Assembly: GCA_963741075.1 (NCBI GenBank)
Contig: CAVUGS010000003.1
Coordinates: forward strand, 101,054-165,053
DNA from: an uncultured Thermoleophilia bacterium
GTDB lineage: Bacteria; Actinomycetota; Thermoleophilia; UBA2241
DNA length: 64,000 bases
Reading direction: 5' to 3'
Made by a program: the position numbers and the translations under genes
Shown: in pieces, positions 39,240-49,213 of the stretch
Layout of the letters: every line of letters begins with the position of its first letter
Position numbering within the stretch: position 1 is the stretch's first letter
The notes under the pieces: model-generated
Databases searched by the model: none
What the model was told of the DNA's origin: nothing
Seen by the model: only the letters and a program-made list of their open reading frames with translations

Positions 39240-40955
39240 CTAGCGCCGGTGCCTCTGCCCCGTGTACGACGCGACCGCCGCCGGCGCGACGCCGCGCACG
39301 ACCACCGCGGCGCGGGTCGCCGTCGCCTGGCGCCGGCCGGCCACGTCGTAGGCGCGGCCGCGCACGCTGTACCGGCCCTGCGGCCAGTTCGCGGTGAGGC
39401 TCCACACCCCGCGCTCACCGACGGCGACCGCGGGGATGCGCCGGCGAGCCACGACCCTGCCGGCGGCGTCGCGCACGCTGAGCTCGAGGATCGCGCTGCC
39501 GCTGGAGAAGGCCGGGTCGTCGAGGCGCCAGCGGATCGTCGCCTTGGCCCCGCGGCGCACGACGCCGCCGCGGAGTCCCACGTGCGGCGGCCGGGTGTCG
39601 CCGGCGCCGGCCGCGTTCACGAACGCCTTGAGGCAGACGTTCGCGCGCGAGTGACCGGGAAGAGTCCCCAGAGCGGTGAGATCGGTCCACGTCGAGCCGT
39701 CGCGCGCTCACGTACGACTGCCCCGCGCGCGCCCGCGGCGCGATGAGGTCGGACGGAGCCTCCACGGGCACCGGGTCCGTCCACCCCGGAGTGGCGACGC
39801 GCACGGCGACCACGAACGTATCGCCGGCGGTCACGGCGACCGGCTCCCGCAGCCGGACGGTGTGGTACCCGCCGACGGCGATGGCGCCGGTCGCGGCGGC
39901 GGGCGCGGCGGCGATGCCCTGCAGCGTCCGCGCCACCCGCACCTCGTACGACGTGCCCGGCACGGGCGTGTAGAACGAGGCGGCGGCCACCTTACCCGAG
40001 CCGGCGCAGGTGAAGCGGTTGGCGTACCACGCCTGCCCGCTGCCGTCCGCGCTGACCCACGCGCTGCGGCCGAGCGCGTCGTACTGGTAGATGGCGTCGT
40101 AGTCGCCCGCGGACGCGACCCCGTCGAACACCGCGAGCGCCCTGCCGAAGTTCGCGTCGTAGTAGGAGACCCAGCAGTAGCCCTTCATCTTGCCGCCCCG
40201 CCGCCCCAGTCCTCGCCCCAGCTGTTCTTGATGAGGAACGCCCCGTCGCCCGGCGGCTGCCTGCCCGGCAGGAAGTTGGCGGCCTTGTACGCATCGTCCC
40301 AGCCCACGCAGAGGACGTGGTGGTTCAGCTCGCCGGTCGTGGCGCTGTAGTAGGCGCTCGTCGCGGCGTTCCAGGTGCCGTCGTCCGGCCGCACGTGGAA
40401 GTAGGCGGCTGCGTCGACGCCCCCGTAGGTCATGACCGCCCACTTGACGGCGGCGTTGTCCAGCGGACCCTGCCGCTGCGGCAGGAAGAGCACCTCCTGC
40501 ACGTGCCGGACGGCGCGCAGGTACGGCGGCGACTGGTCGGGCCGCGGGTAGGGGTCCGAGGTCTCCCAGACGGGCCCCTCCCAACGGGCGTAGTAGGCGG
40601 CCGCGAGCTCGCTCGGCGCCATGCCCTCGTAGTCGAGGCGCGAGGCCATGTGGTTCGCCAGGTTGTTCTCGGAGAAGTCGATGCCGGCCGGCGCCCGGCC
40701 CTCGGCGGTGACGGCGGCCGACTCGAGCGAGCCGGTCGCGGCCATGATCCAGCAGGTGCTGTAGCTGTCCTGCGAGCGGACGGGAGTGACGCGACCCAGC
40801 GCGCTCAGGTCGAACGCGGACGGGAACGGGCCGGCGGTCTCCCACGGCGGCGTGGCTGCCGCGGTCGCCGCGCCGGCCGGCAGGCCGCCGGACAGCGCCG
40901 CCAGCGACGCCAGCGCGACCGCGAGGAGCACGCAGGCGCCGGCGCGGCGCCTCAC
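39240..40955 (-). CDS. secreted papain-like (C1 family) cysteine peptidase with C-terminal beta-rich domains; about two to three frame breaks
   Basis: GTG 40955 (RBS AAGAGGG) opens a signal peptide (ACVLLAVALASLAALSG). The catalytic residues are Cys in SQDSYSTCWIMAATG, His in LNHHVLCVGWD and Asn/Trp in LIKNSWGEDWG. A middle beta domain follows, then an Ig-like tail (ATIRWRLDDP..ILELSVRDAAGRVV..GRYSVRGRAYD). Frame breaks are near 40190 and 39685. Confidence 0.75.
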
Positions 40956-41065
40956 GCGGCCCTCTTGTGCGGTGCGGGAGTCATCTCCCTCTTATCCCCC
41001 GCCGCCACCGGGCAAGTCAAGCCGGGTTCCACGCCGCGGCGGCGCATCGTAGTATGTGACCCACG

Positions 41066-42514
41066 ATGGGAGGGACGAGCACCGCAGATGCGCTCCCGGC
41101 GCGGGCCGGCGTCCGGAGCACGCGTCACCGGCTCGCGCGCGTCACCCTCGCGCTCGTCCTGCTCGTCGTCGCGCTCGTCTGCGGCGGGGCCCTGCGCCCC
41201 GCGCCCGCCGCGGCCGGCGTCGACGCCTCCATCGCCGCCGCGCTGCGGTCCGCCGGCCTCGCCGGGTCGGGCACGGGCGTCTACGTCTGGGATCTCGACG
41301 CCGCGCAGCCTGTCTACGAGCTCAACCCGTCCAGCGAGCTCGCGCCGGCCTCCAACCTCAAGCTCGTGACCAGCGCGGCCGCGCTCATGGACTGGGGCGC
41401 GGACCACCGCTTCTCCACCGAGCTGTACGCGCCGGACGTCCCGGTGGCCGCGGACGGCATCATGGACGGCGACCTCTACCTCCGCGGCCTCGGCGATCCC
41501 AGTCTCTCCACGCGCGCCTACCAGCGCGACGTGTTCGACATGACGACGGCGTCCTTCGAGACCTTCGCCCGGGCGCTCAAGCGCGACGGCGTCAGGAAGA
41601 TCAAGGGCAAGGTCGTCGGCGACTGGTCGTGGTTCGACAAGCTCAAGACCGTGCCCTACTGGAAGGACGGCCTGCAGCTCGAGTCCGGTCCGCTGTCGGC
41701 GCTCTCGGGAAACCAGGGGCTCGAGAACGGCAACCGCGTCCGCGCGCCGGCCACCTTCGCGGCGAAGCTGATGACCAAGGCCTTGGTCAACGCCGGGATC
41801 AGGGTCAAGGGCAAGCCGGGGACGGGACTGGTGCCCGGTACCGCACGGGCCGTGGACCAGCAGTACTCCGCCGCGCTGCGCGCCGTCCTCAGGCACATGA
41901 ACAAGGAGAGCGACAACTTCTTCGCCGAGATGCTGCTCAAGGGGCTCGGCAAGGACTTCTACGGCGAGGGCAGCACGGCGGCCGGCACCAGGGCGAGCAA
42001 GGACGCCCTGCACGCGCTGGGCGTCAGGACCGGCACCTACGTCATCGAGGACGGCTCCGGGCTCAGCTACGGCGACCGGCTCACCGCCGAGGGCGTGGTC
42101 AAGGTGCTCGGCGCGATGCGCCAGCGCGAGGACTTCGACGACTACTACGACTCGCTGGCGATCGCCGGCAAGGACGGGACGCTGGACGACCGCATGCGCG
42201 GCACGGCGGCCGCCGGCAACGCGCACGCCAAGACGGGCACGCTCAACATCGCCGTGTGCCTCTCCGGCTACGTCACCAGCGCCAACGACCACCTGGTCGC
42301 GTTCTCGATCCTCATGAACGGGGGGAGCATGGGGACGTCCGGCTGGGGCCGGGCGACCACGGCCCAGGACAGGATCGTCGCGGCCCTGGCCAGGGCGTCG
42401 CTGCCGGGCGAACCGGTGCTGGCGGCGACGCCGGTGCTCCGCCAGCACTCCGTCTCAGCGGTCGAGACGGTTCACGGCGTTGGCGGCCTCCTCCAGCCCG
42501 GCGTCCAGCCATAG
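41066..42514 (+). CDS. dacB: D-alanyl-D-alanine carboxypeptidase/endopeptidase (PBP4, peptidase S13)
   Basis: Intact. It has SxxK (PASNLKL), SxN (KESDNFF) and KTG (HAKTGTL). A TAGTAT -10 ends about 12 nt before the ATG, so the leader may be very short. The 3' end overlaps convergent pth by 60 nt. Confidence 0.85.
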   Translation: MGGTSTADALPARAGVRSTRHRLARVTLALVLLVVALVCGGALRPAPAAAGVDASIAAALRSAGLAGSGTGVYVWDLDAAQPVYELNPSSELAPASNLKLVTSAAALMDWGADHRFSTELYAPDVPVAADGIMDGDLYLRGLGDPSLSTRAYQRDVFDMTTASFETFARALKRDGVRKIKGKVVGDWSWFDKLKTVPYWKDGLQLESGPLSALSGNQGLENGNRVRAPATFAAKLMTKALVNAGIRVKGKPGTGLVPGTARAVDQQYSAALRAVLRHMNKESDNFFAEMLLKGLGKDFYGEGSTAAGTRASKDALHALGVRTGTYVIEDGSGLSYGDRLTAEGVVKVLGAMRQREDFDDYYDSLAIAGKDGTLDDRMRGTAAAGNAHAKTGTLNIAVCLSGYVTSANDHLVAFSILMNGGSMGTSGWGRATTAQDRIVAALARASLPGEPVLAATPVLRQHSVSAVETVHGVGGLLQPGVQP

Positions 42515-43054
42515 CTCGACTGCGTCGGCGGCGGCCGCCGTCAGCGCTTCGACTTCGGCGCGGCTCTCCCGGAACGGGCTGAGCACGTACTCCGCCACCA
42601 CGTCCGGGTCGGTGCTGGGCGGCCGGTCCACGCCGACGCGCAGGCGCGCGTAGCCGGCGCCGATGAGCCCCGTGATGCTCTTGAGCCCGTTGTGCCCGCC
42701 GCTGCCGCCGCCCTCCACGAGGCGCAGGCGGCCGAACGGCAGGTCGATGTGGTCGTGCACGACCAGGACGTCCTCGAGCCGCAGCTTGACCGCGCGCAGC
42801 GCGGCGGCCACGCTGCGGCCCGAGTCGTTCATGAACGTGGTCGGCTGCAGCAGGAGCACGGTGCGGCCGCGGACCATGCCTTCGGCCACGCGGCCGTCGA
42901 ACCCACGCTGGGCGCGCGGTACGCCGTGGCGGCGCGCCAGCTCCTCGATCACGCGGTAGCCGATGTTGTGCGGCGTGCCCTCGTACGCCGACCCGGGGTT
43001 GCCCAAGCCGACGACGAGGCGCTCGACGCTCGATGAGGGGCGGAACGGCGCCAC
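42455..43054 (-). CDS. pth: peptidyl-tRNA hydrolase
   Basis: Intact. The signatures are LVVGLGNPGSAYEGTPHNIGY, FMNDSGRSV and GGHNGLKS. Confidence 0.9.
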   Translation of the reverse strand: MAPFRPSSSVERLVVGLGNPGSAYEGTPHNIGYRVIEELARRHGVPRAQRGFDGRVAEGMVRGRTVLLLQPTTFMNDSGRSVAAALRAVKLRLEDVLVVHDHIDLPFGRLRLVEGGGSGGHNGLKSITGLIGAGYARLRVGVDRPPSTDPDVVAEYVLSPFRESRAEVEALTAAAADAVELWLDAGLEEAANAVNRLDR

Positions 43055-43089
43055 GATGTCTCGCGGTCAGGCGGCCCGCCGGAGGGCGA

Positions 43090-43752
43090 TCAGCCCTCGC
43101 CCTCTTCTTCCTTCTTGCCCACGATCTCGGGCTCCGCGCCGGCCGCGGCCTCCGCGGCCTCCTCGCCCTCGACGCCCTCTTCGACCTCGACCTTGCGCGG
43201 CGGCAGCACCGAGCAGAGGACCTCGTCGGCGTCGGCCATGATCTCGATGCCCTCGGGCACCACCAGGTCGGCGACCTGGAGCGTCTCGTTCACGTCGAGC
43301 TCGCTGACGTCCACCACGAGGTGCTCGGGGATGGCCGTGACGAGGCCCTTGACGGTGACCTCGCGGGTCGACTCGTCGAGCATGCCGCCGGCCTTGACGC
43401 CCTTGGCTTCGCCCTCGAAGTGGATGGCGACCGTGGTCTCGATGGTCTCGTCCAGGCGGATCTCCTGGAAGTCGACGTGGATCACGTTGCTCTTGACCCG
43501 GTCGAGCGTGAGTTCCTTGACGATGGCCTTGTGGCCGCGCTTCTGGCCCTCGAACGTGACGTCGAGGACGGCGTGCGTGCCGGCGCTCGTGGTGAGCGCC
43601 TCGCGCAGCGCATGCGGCTCGACGGCGATGAGTACGGCGTCCTTGCCGTGCCCGTAGATGACGCCGGGGATGAGGCCGGACTTGCGCAGACGCTTCGACG
43701 CGCGAGTCCCGGTGTCGCCGCGCTTGTGCACGACGATGCTGACGTTGTCCAT
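43090..43752 (-). CDS. rplY: 50S ribosomal protein L25 / general stress protein Ctc
   Basis: Intact. It has RKSGLIPGVIYGHGKD, HVDFQEI and an acidic C-terminal tail. Confidence 0.9.
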   Translation of the reverse strand: MDNVSIVVHKRGDTGTRASKRLRKSGLIPGVIYGHGKDAVLIAVEPHALREALTTSAGTHAVLDVTFEGQKRGHKAIVKELTLDRVKSNVIHVDFQEIRLDETIETTVAIHFEGEAKGVKAGGMLDESTREVTVKGLVTAIPEHLVVDVSELDVNETLQVADLVVPEGIEIMADADEVLCSVLPPRKVEVEEGVEGEEAAEAAAGAEPEIVGKKEEEGEG

Positions 43753-43762
43753 GCGTAGTCTC

Positions 43763-44759
43763 CTAGAACAGCTGATTGTCGCCGGCGAAGATCTCGCTCA
43801 CCGACTCGTCTTCGAACACGTTCCTGATGGTGCGGGCGAGGATGTCGGCCACCGACAGCACCTTGATCTTGGCGTCGTCGGGGCCCAGCGTTGATATTGA
43901 CGGTGTCCGTCACCACGACTTCCTTGACCGGCGAACTGTTGATGCGCTCGCAGGCCGGCCCGCTGAAGATGCCGTGGGTGGCGGTGACGTAGACCTCTTT
44001 GGCGCCCTTCTCGTAGAGCGTCTCGATGGCGCTGGTGACCGAGCCGGCCGTGTCGATGATGTCGTCCACGATGATGGCGATCTTGTCGTGGACGTCGCCG
44101 ATGAAGTGCATCGTCTCGGCGACGTTGTGGTCGGGGCGCATCTTGGTGAGCACCGCCAGGTCGCAGCCCGGGACGCGGTTGATGAACCGCTTGGCGAGCT
44201 TGACCCCGCCCGCGTCCGCCGACACGGCCACGAGCGGCGTGTCGCCGAAGTCCTTGTAGCGGAAGTAGTCGGCCAGCATGGGGACCGCGGTCATGTGGTC
44301 CACCGGGATCTCGAAGAACCCCTGGATCTGCCCCTGATGGAGGTCCATCGACAGCACCCGGTCGACGCGCGCGGCCTCGAGCAGCGTGGCCACCAGACGG
44401 GCGGTGATGGGCTCGCGGGCGGCGCTCTTCTTGTCCTGCCGCGAGTAGGGGTAGTAGGGCATGACGGCGGTGATGCGCTTGGCCGAGGCCAGCTGCGCCG
44501 CCTGGATCATGATGAGCAGCTCCATGAGCTCGCCGTTGATGTCGCCCTTGGGCGACTGGACGATGAACATGTCGGAGCCGCGCACGTTCTCCTCGTACCG
44601 GGCGTAGCTCTCGCCGTTGGAGAACGTCTTGAGCTGGACGCTGCCGAGGTGCACGTCCAGCTTGTCGGCGATCCTCGCCGCGAGGGCGGGGTTGCTGCGC
44701 CCCGAGAAGATCATGAGCCGCTTGCGCGGCGAGGTCACGCAGCAGGTGCTGTCCGCCAC
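43763..44759 (-). CDS. prs: ribose-phosphate pyrophosphokinase; one frame break near 43895
   Basis: LMIFSGRSNPALAARIADKL, RITAVMPYYPYSRQD and IAIIVDDIIDTAGS are Prs motifs. The tail ..LGPDDAKIKVLSVADILARTIRNVFEDESVSEIFAGDNQLF* was read by hand. Confidence 0.85.
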
Positions 44760-44898
44760 CGTTCGCCTCTCTTCCGTGTTGGCCGCCGACCGGTCAACGA
44801 TTGTACCAAAGCCGCGGCGGGCGCGGCCGTGAGGGCCTTTGCGCCGGTCACTGAGCGGTGCAGCTGCGCGGCCCCGCTCGTTGATCCGGCTACGTCGA

Positions 44899-46320
44899 TC
44901 ACTCCCCGCGCTCGCGCAGGCGCCGGGCGGCGCGCCGCTCCGCGTAGCCCGGGACGTTCTTCTGCTGCTCGCGCGCGACGCCGAGGGCCCCCTCGGGCAC
45001 GTCGCGCGTGATCACCGAGCCGGCGGCCGTGAACGCGTCGTCGCCGATGCTCACGGGGGCCACGATGGTGGTGTCGCTGCCGGTACGCACGCGGTCGCCG
45101 ATGTGCGTCGCGTGCTTGTCGTACCCGTCGTAGTTGGCGGTGATGTTGCCGGCGGCGATGTTGCTGTCCACGCCGACGATGGCGTCGCCCACGTAGCTGA
45201 GGTGCGGCACCTTGCTGCGCTCGCCGATACGGCTGTTCTTGATCTCGACGAAGGTGCCGGCCTTGGCGCCCTCGGCGAGCACGGTGTTGGGGCGGATGTA
45301 GGCGAAGGGGCCGACGTTGCAGCCGGAGCTGATGACGCACTCGTAGAGATGCGAACTGACGACGCGCGCGCGGTCGCCGACGAAGGCGTCGCGCAGGAAG
45401 CTGCCGGGGCCGACCTCGCTGGCCGCGCCGACGGTGGTGCGCCCCAGCAGGTGCGTGTTGGCGCGGATGAGCGTGTCGCGGCCCACCTCCACGCCCCAGT
45501 CCACGTAGGTGGTCTCCGGGTCCTCGACGGTGACGCCGGCGAGCATGAGCCGCTCGAGCAGGCGCCGGCGCATGGCGGCGTTGACGATGGCGAGCTCCAC
45601 GCGGGAGTTCACCCCCATGCAGATCTCCTCGTCGTCACTTGCGAAGCTGGTGACGGTGTGCCCGGCGCCGATGAGCAGGTGGACGGCGTCGGTGAGGTAC
45701 AGCTCGCCCTGGTCGTTGTCGCTCTCGAGGCGGCCGAGCGCCGGACGCAGGGCGTCGCTGCGGAACACGTACAGCCCGACGTTGATCTCGTCGATCTCGC
45801 GCTCCTCCGGGGTCGCGTCGCGGTACTCGACGATGCGCGCGACGCCGCCGGCGGCGTCGCGCACGATGCGGCCGTAGTGCTCGGGGTCGTCGAGGTCGAC
45901 GGTGGTGAGCGTGGCGGCGGCGTCGGCGTCGAGGTGCCGCTGGTGGAGGGCGGCGACGAAGTCGCCGTCGACCAGCGGGACGTCGCCGTAGAGCACCATG
46001 ACGTCGCCGTCGAAGCCGTGCAGAGGCTCGAGGCCGGCGCGGACGGCGTCGCCGGTCCCGCGCCGCTCCTGCTGCACGGCGCGCTCGCAGCCGACCGGCA
46101 GGATCTCTTCGATGGCCCCCTGGTCGGGGCCGGTGACGACCACGATGCGCTCGGGCGAGACGCTGAGCGCGGCGTCGATGACGTACGAGAGCATGGGCCT
46201 GCCGCACACCTGGTGCAGGACCTTGGGGACGTCCGACTTCATGCGCGTGCCGAGGCCGGCCGCCAGGATGACGACGGCGAGCGGCGGACGCTTGGTGTCT
46301 GCTGTGCTCATCTGGCTCAC
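44899..46320 (-). CDS. glmU: bifunctional UDP-N-acetylglucosamine pyrophosphorylase / glucosamine-1-phosphate N-acetyltransferase
   Basis: Intact. It has LAAGLGTRMKS and left-handed beta-helix hexapeptide repeats in the C-terminal half. An alternative ATG at 46311 has the better RBS (AAGGTGAG). Confidence 0.9.
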   Translation of the reverse strand: MSQMSTADTKRPPLAVVILAAGLGTRMKSDVPKVLHQVCGRPMLSYVIDAALSVSPERIVVVTGPDQGAIEEILPVGCERAVQQERRGTGDAVRAGLEPLHGFDGDVMVLYGDVPLVDGDFVAALHQRHLDADAAATLTTVDLDDPEHYGRIVRDAAGGVARIVEYRDATPEEREIDEINVGLYVFRSDALRPALGRLESDNDQGELYLTDAVHLLIGAGHTVTSFASDDEEICMGVNSRVELAIVNAAMRRRLLERLMLAGVTVEDPETTYVDWGVEVGRDTLIRANTHLLGRTTVGAASEVGPGSFLRDAFVGDRARVVSSHLYECVISSGCNVGPFAYIRPNTVLAEGAKAGTFVEIKNSRIGERSKVPHLSYVGDAIVGVDSNIAAGNITANYDGYDKHATHIGDRVRTGSDTTIVAPVSIGDDAFTAAGSVITRDVPEGALGVAREQQKNVPGYAERRAARRLRERGE

Positions 46321-46372
46321 CTTGAGGATGACGCCGGGGGCGGTACCCGCCGGCTCTCGCGTGGCGTGACAC

Positions 46373-46447
46373 TGGCTGGGGCGGGAGGATTCGAACCTCC
46401 GGATGCCGGGACCAAAACCCGGTGCCTTACCACTTGGCTACGCCCCA
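46373..46447 (-). tRNA. tRNA-Gln (anticodon UUG), CCA encoded
   Basis: I folded it by hand. Acceptor stem TGGGGCG/CGCCCCA, anticodon arm CCGGG-TTTTGGT-CCCGG, T arm GGAGG-TTCGAAT-CCTCC, discriminator G plus CCA. Confidence 0.9.
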
Positions 46448-46511
46448 GCGCCTGACGACCGGGGCGCCGCGAGGCGGCCCGCCGCCCGCCGCGAAGCGGC
46501 AGAGTAGTCTA

Positions 46512-47435
46512 TCACGCAGGGGGTTTGCCGGCGGACCGGGCTCGCCTTGGGGCCTCGGGCTGCAGGTCGGTGACGTACCAGGAGCGGGCGGGGGCGACGG
46601 CCTCCCGCGCCTTCAGCGCCCTCGCCTCGGTGGCGAAGATGCCGAACACCGCGGCGCCGCTGCCCGTCATCGCCGCGGCGAGCGCCCCGGCCGAGCGCAG
46701 TCGCTCGATCAGCTCTCCGACCGCCTCGCGGCGTTTGACGACGCTCGGCTCGAGGTCGTTGGTGACGAGCGCCGCCACGTCGCCGGCGGTCCTGGCGGCC
46801 TGGAGCCTGCTCGAGAGCAGCCTCGCCCTGGGCGCGAACTCCTTGACCCCGACTTCGGCGTCCTCGTCGCGCCAGCCGTAGACCGCCGCCGTGCTGAGGC
46901 CGGCGTCCGGCATGGCGATCACGAGGCGGAGTGCGGGAAGGTGGACCTGCTTGAGCACCTGGCCGCGGCCCATGGCCAGCTGCGCTCCGGGCCACAGGAA
47001 GAAGGGGACGTCGCTGCCCACGGCCGCGGCGGCCTCGTAGCGCAGCCGCGGCGAGAGCTCGAGGCCGAACAGGCGCTCGAGCGCGAGCAGGGTCGCGGCG
47101 GCGTCGGAGCTGCCGCCGCCCAGGCCGCCGCCGTGCGGCACGCGCTTCTCGATGGTCACGCGGACCTCGAACGAGCGGTCGAGCCGCTGTTCCAGCTCGC
47201 GCACGAGCCTGGCGGCGAGGTTGTCGGCGCCGGGCGCGACGCCGCACGCGACGTCCAGCCCGGCGCCCGGCGTCTTCTCCACGATCACGCGGTCGGCCAG
47301 CGAGACGGGCACCATGAGCGAGGCGATCTCGTGAAAGCCGTCCGGCCTGACCGGGCCCACGAGCAGCGCCAGGTTCAGCTTGCCCGGGGCGACGACCTCC
47401 ACCCGGTCCTCGTGCTGCGCTGCGTCCGCGTTCAC
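46512..47435 (-). CDS. ispE: 4-diphosphocytidyl-2-C-methyl-D-erythritol kinase
   Basis: Intact. GTG 47435 is preceded by GAGGAGG. APGKLNLALLVG and the GHMP motif PHGGGLGGGSSDAAA are present. Confidence 0.85.
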   Translation of the reverse strand: MNADAAQHEDRVEVVAPGKLNLALLVGPVRPDGFHEIASLMVPVSLADRVIVEKTPGAGLDVACGVAPGADNLAARLVRELEQRLDRSFEVRVTIEKRVPHGGGLGGGSSDAAATLLALERLFGLELSPRLRYEAAAAVGSDVPFFLWPGAQLAMGRGQVLKQVHLPALRLVIAMPDAGLSTAAVYGWRDEDAEVGVKEFAPRARLLSSRLQAARTAGDVAALVTNDLEPSVVKRREAVGELIERLRSAGALAAAMTGSGAAVFGIFATEARALKAREAVAPARSWYVTDLQPEAPRRARSAGKPPA

Positions 47436-47445
47436 ACGGTCCTCC

Positions 47446-48325
47446 TCACGCCGCCGGCCCCGCGGCCGCCCGGCGGCCGAGCTCGGCGGCGAACGTCCTC
47501 CACTGCGGCGGCGGGAGCTCCTCCGGCCTCGCCGCCTCGCCCAGCGTGAGCGCCAGGAGCGCCGTGCGCACGTCGTCGCGGCTGAGCATGGCGCCGGCGT
47601 GGGCGGCGCCGCTGAGCGAGTTGACGAGCGTCTTGCGGCGCTGCCCGAACGCCAGGCGCACGAGGTGCGAGACGGCCGCGTATTCCTCCGGCCCCGGCGC
47701 GGCGTCCGCGTCGCGGCGCACGAAGGTGACGAAGCTCGACTCCACGCGCGGGCGCGGGCGGAACGCCGAGGCCGGCACCGGGCGCACCTTCTCGAGCCGG
47801 CACGCCAGCTGCGTCAGCACCGAGACCGCGGCGTAGGCCTTGGTCGAGGGCACGGCGAAGAGCCGCTCGCCGAGCTCGCGCTGCACCATGACGGCCCACC
47901 GGCGCACGGACGGCAGTTCGGCGATGGTCGTCATGATCAGCGGGATGGCGATGTTGTAGGCGAGGTTGGCGATCACCGCCGTCGGCGGCGGGTCGAGCGT
48001 GCCGAGGTCGGCCTTGAGCGCGTCGCCGGCGTGCAGGACGAGGTGCGGGTCGGCGGCGGCGAGCTCCTGGAGCCGCGGCAGCCAGCGGCGGTCGATCTCG
48101 TAGGCGTGCACGAGCCGTGCCTGCTCCAGCATGGGACGCGTGAGCAGTCCCCCGGCCGCCCCGACCTCGAGCACGACGTCGTCGGGGCCCGCCTGGGCCT
48201 GGTCGATGATCGCGTGCAGGATGTTCTTGTCGACCAGGTGGTTCTGGCCGTACCGGTGCAGGGAGTGCGGCCGCGGGGGGCGACTGCGGTCGCCCGCGGC
48301 CGGCTGCGCCTCCGCCGGCGGCCAT
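47446..48325 (-). CDS. rsmA: 16S rRNA (adenine1518/1519-N6)-dimethyltransferase; one frame break in a G6/C6 run near 48275
   Basis: RYGQNHLVDKNILHAIIDQA, VLEVGAAGGLLT (SAM motif) and IANLAYNIAIP are present. Confidence 0.85.
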
Positions 48326-48401
48326 CAGTCCGTCCCTCGCTGAGCCCTGTCGGCCCGAGGGCCGCTCAATAGCACTACGGCTGCTTCGTCGCCTACGGGC
48401 A

Positions 48402-49167
48402 TTAGTCCGCCTCCGCCAGCGCGAAGACGCGGCGGGCGTTGGCCGTGGTGAGCGCGGCGAGCTCGGCCTCGGGCACGCCGCGCACCTCCGCCACCAGCGC
48501 CGCCGTGTGCGCGACCCACGCGGGCACGTTGCTGTTGCCGCGATTGGGGACCGGCGCGAGGAACGGCGCGTCGGTCTCCACCAGGAGCCGGTCGTCGCGG
48601 ACCTTCGCGGCCGCCGCGCGCAGCCCCGCCGCGTTCTTGTAGGTGACGTTGCCGGCGAAGCTCGCGTAGTAGCCGCGCTCGTTGCACTCGTCCACGTACT
48701 CGCGGCAGCGAGTAGCAGTGCATGACGACCGCGAGGTCGCTCGCCTCGGCCGCCAGCTGCGCCATCGCCTCGTCGCCGGCCTCGCGGACGTGGACCACGA
48801 GCGGCAGCCGCGCGCGCCGCGCGAGCTCGATCTGCGCGCCGAACGCGGCGCGCTGCGCCTCGCGCGGCGAGAGGTCACGGTAGAAGTCGAGGCCGACCTC
48901 GCCGACGGCGACGACGCGCGGCCGCGCCGCGAGGGCCTCCATCTCCGCCAGGTACGCGTCGTCCAGCAGATGTGCCTCGTGCGGGTGCAGGCCCACGGTC
49001 GCGTACACGCCGGGCTCGCGCGCGGCCAGCTCGATCGCCTGCCGCGAGCTCGCGAGGTCGATGCCGATGGTGATCATCTGCGTCACGCCGGCGGCGCGCG
49101 CCTCGGCGACGGCGGTCGCCGTGTCGGCGATCATCTCGAGGTGGCAGTGGGAGTCGACGAGGCTCAT
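48402..49167 (-). CDS. tatD: TatD-family metal-dependent hydrolase; one frame break near 48715
   Basis: LVDSHCHL, VGLHPHEA, AVGEVGLDFY, LVVHVREA, VMHCY and LLVETDAPFL are present. Confidence 0.85.
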
Positions 49168-49213
49168 CGCGGGTGTGCGGCGCCGGGGCGGACCGTGCGG
49201 TCGCGCCGGCGCC

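Noticed and set aside
42455-42514. The 60-nt convergent overlap of the dacB 3' end with the pth 3' end, considered as a sign of a hidden frameshift or a functional antisense overlap.
   Set aside because: The alternative frames contain no earlier stop, and such overlaps are common in GC-rich genomes.
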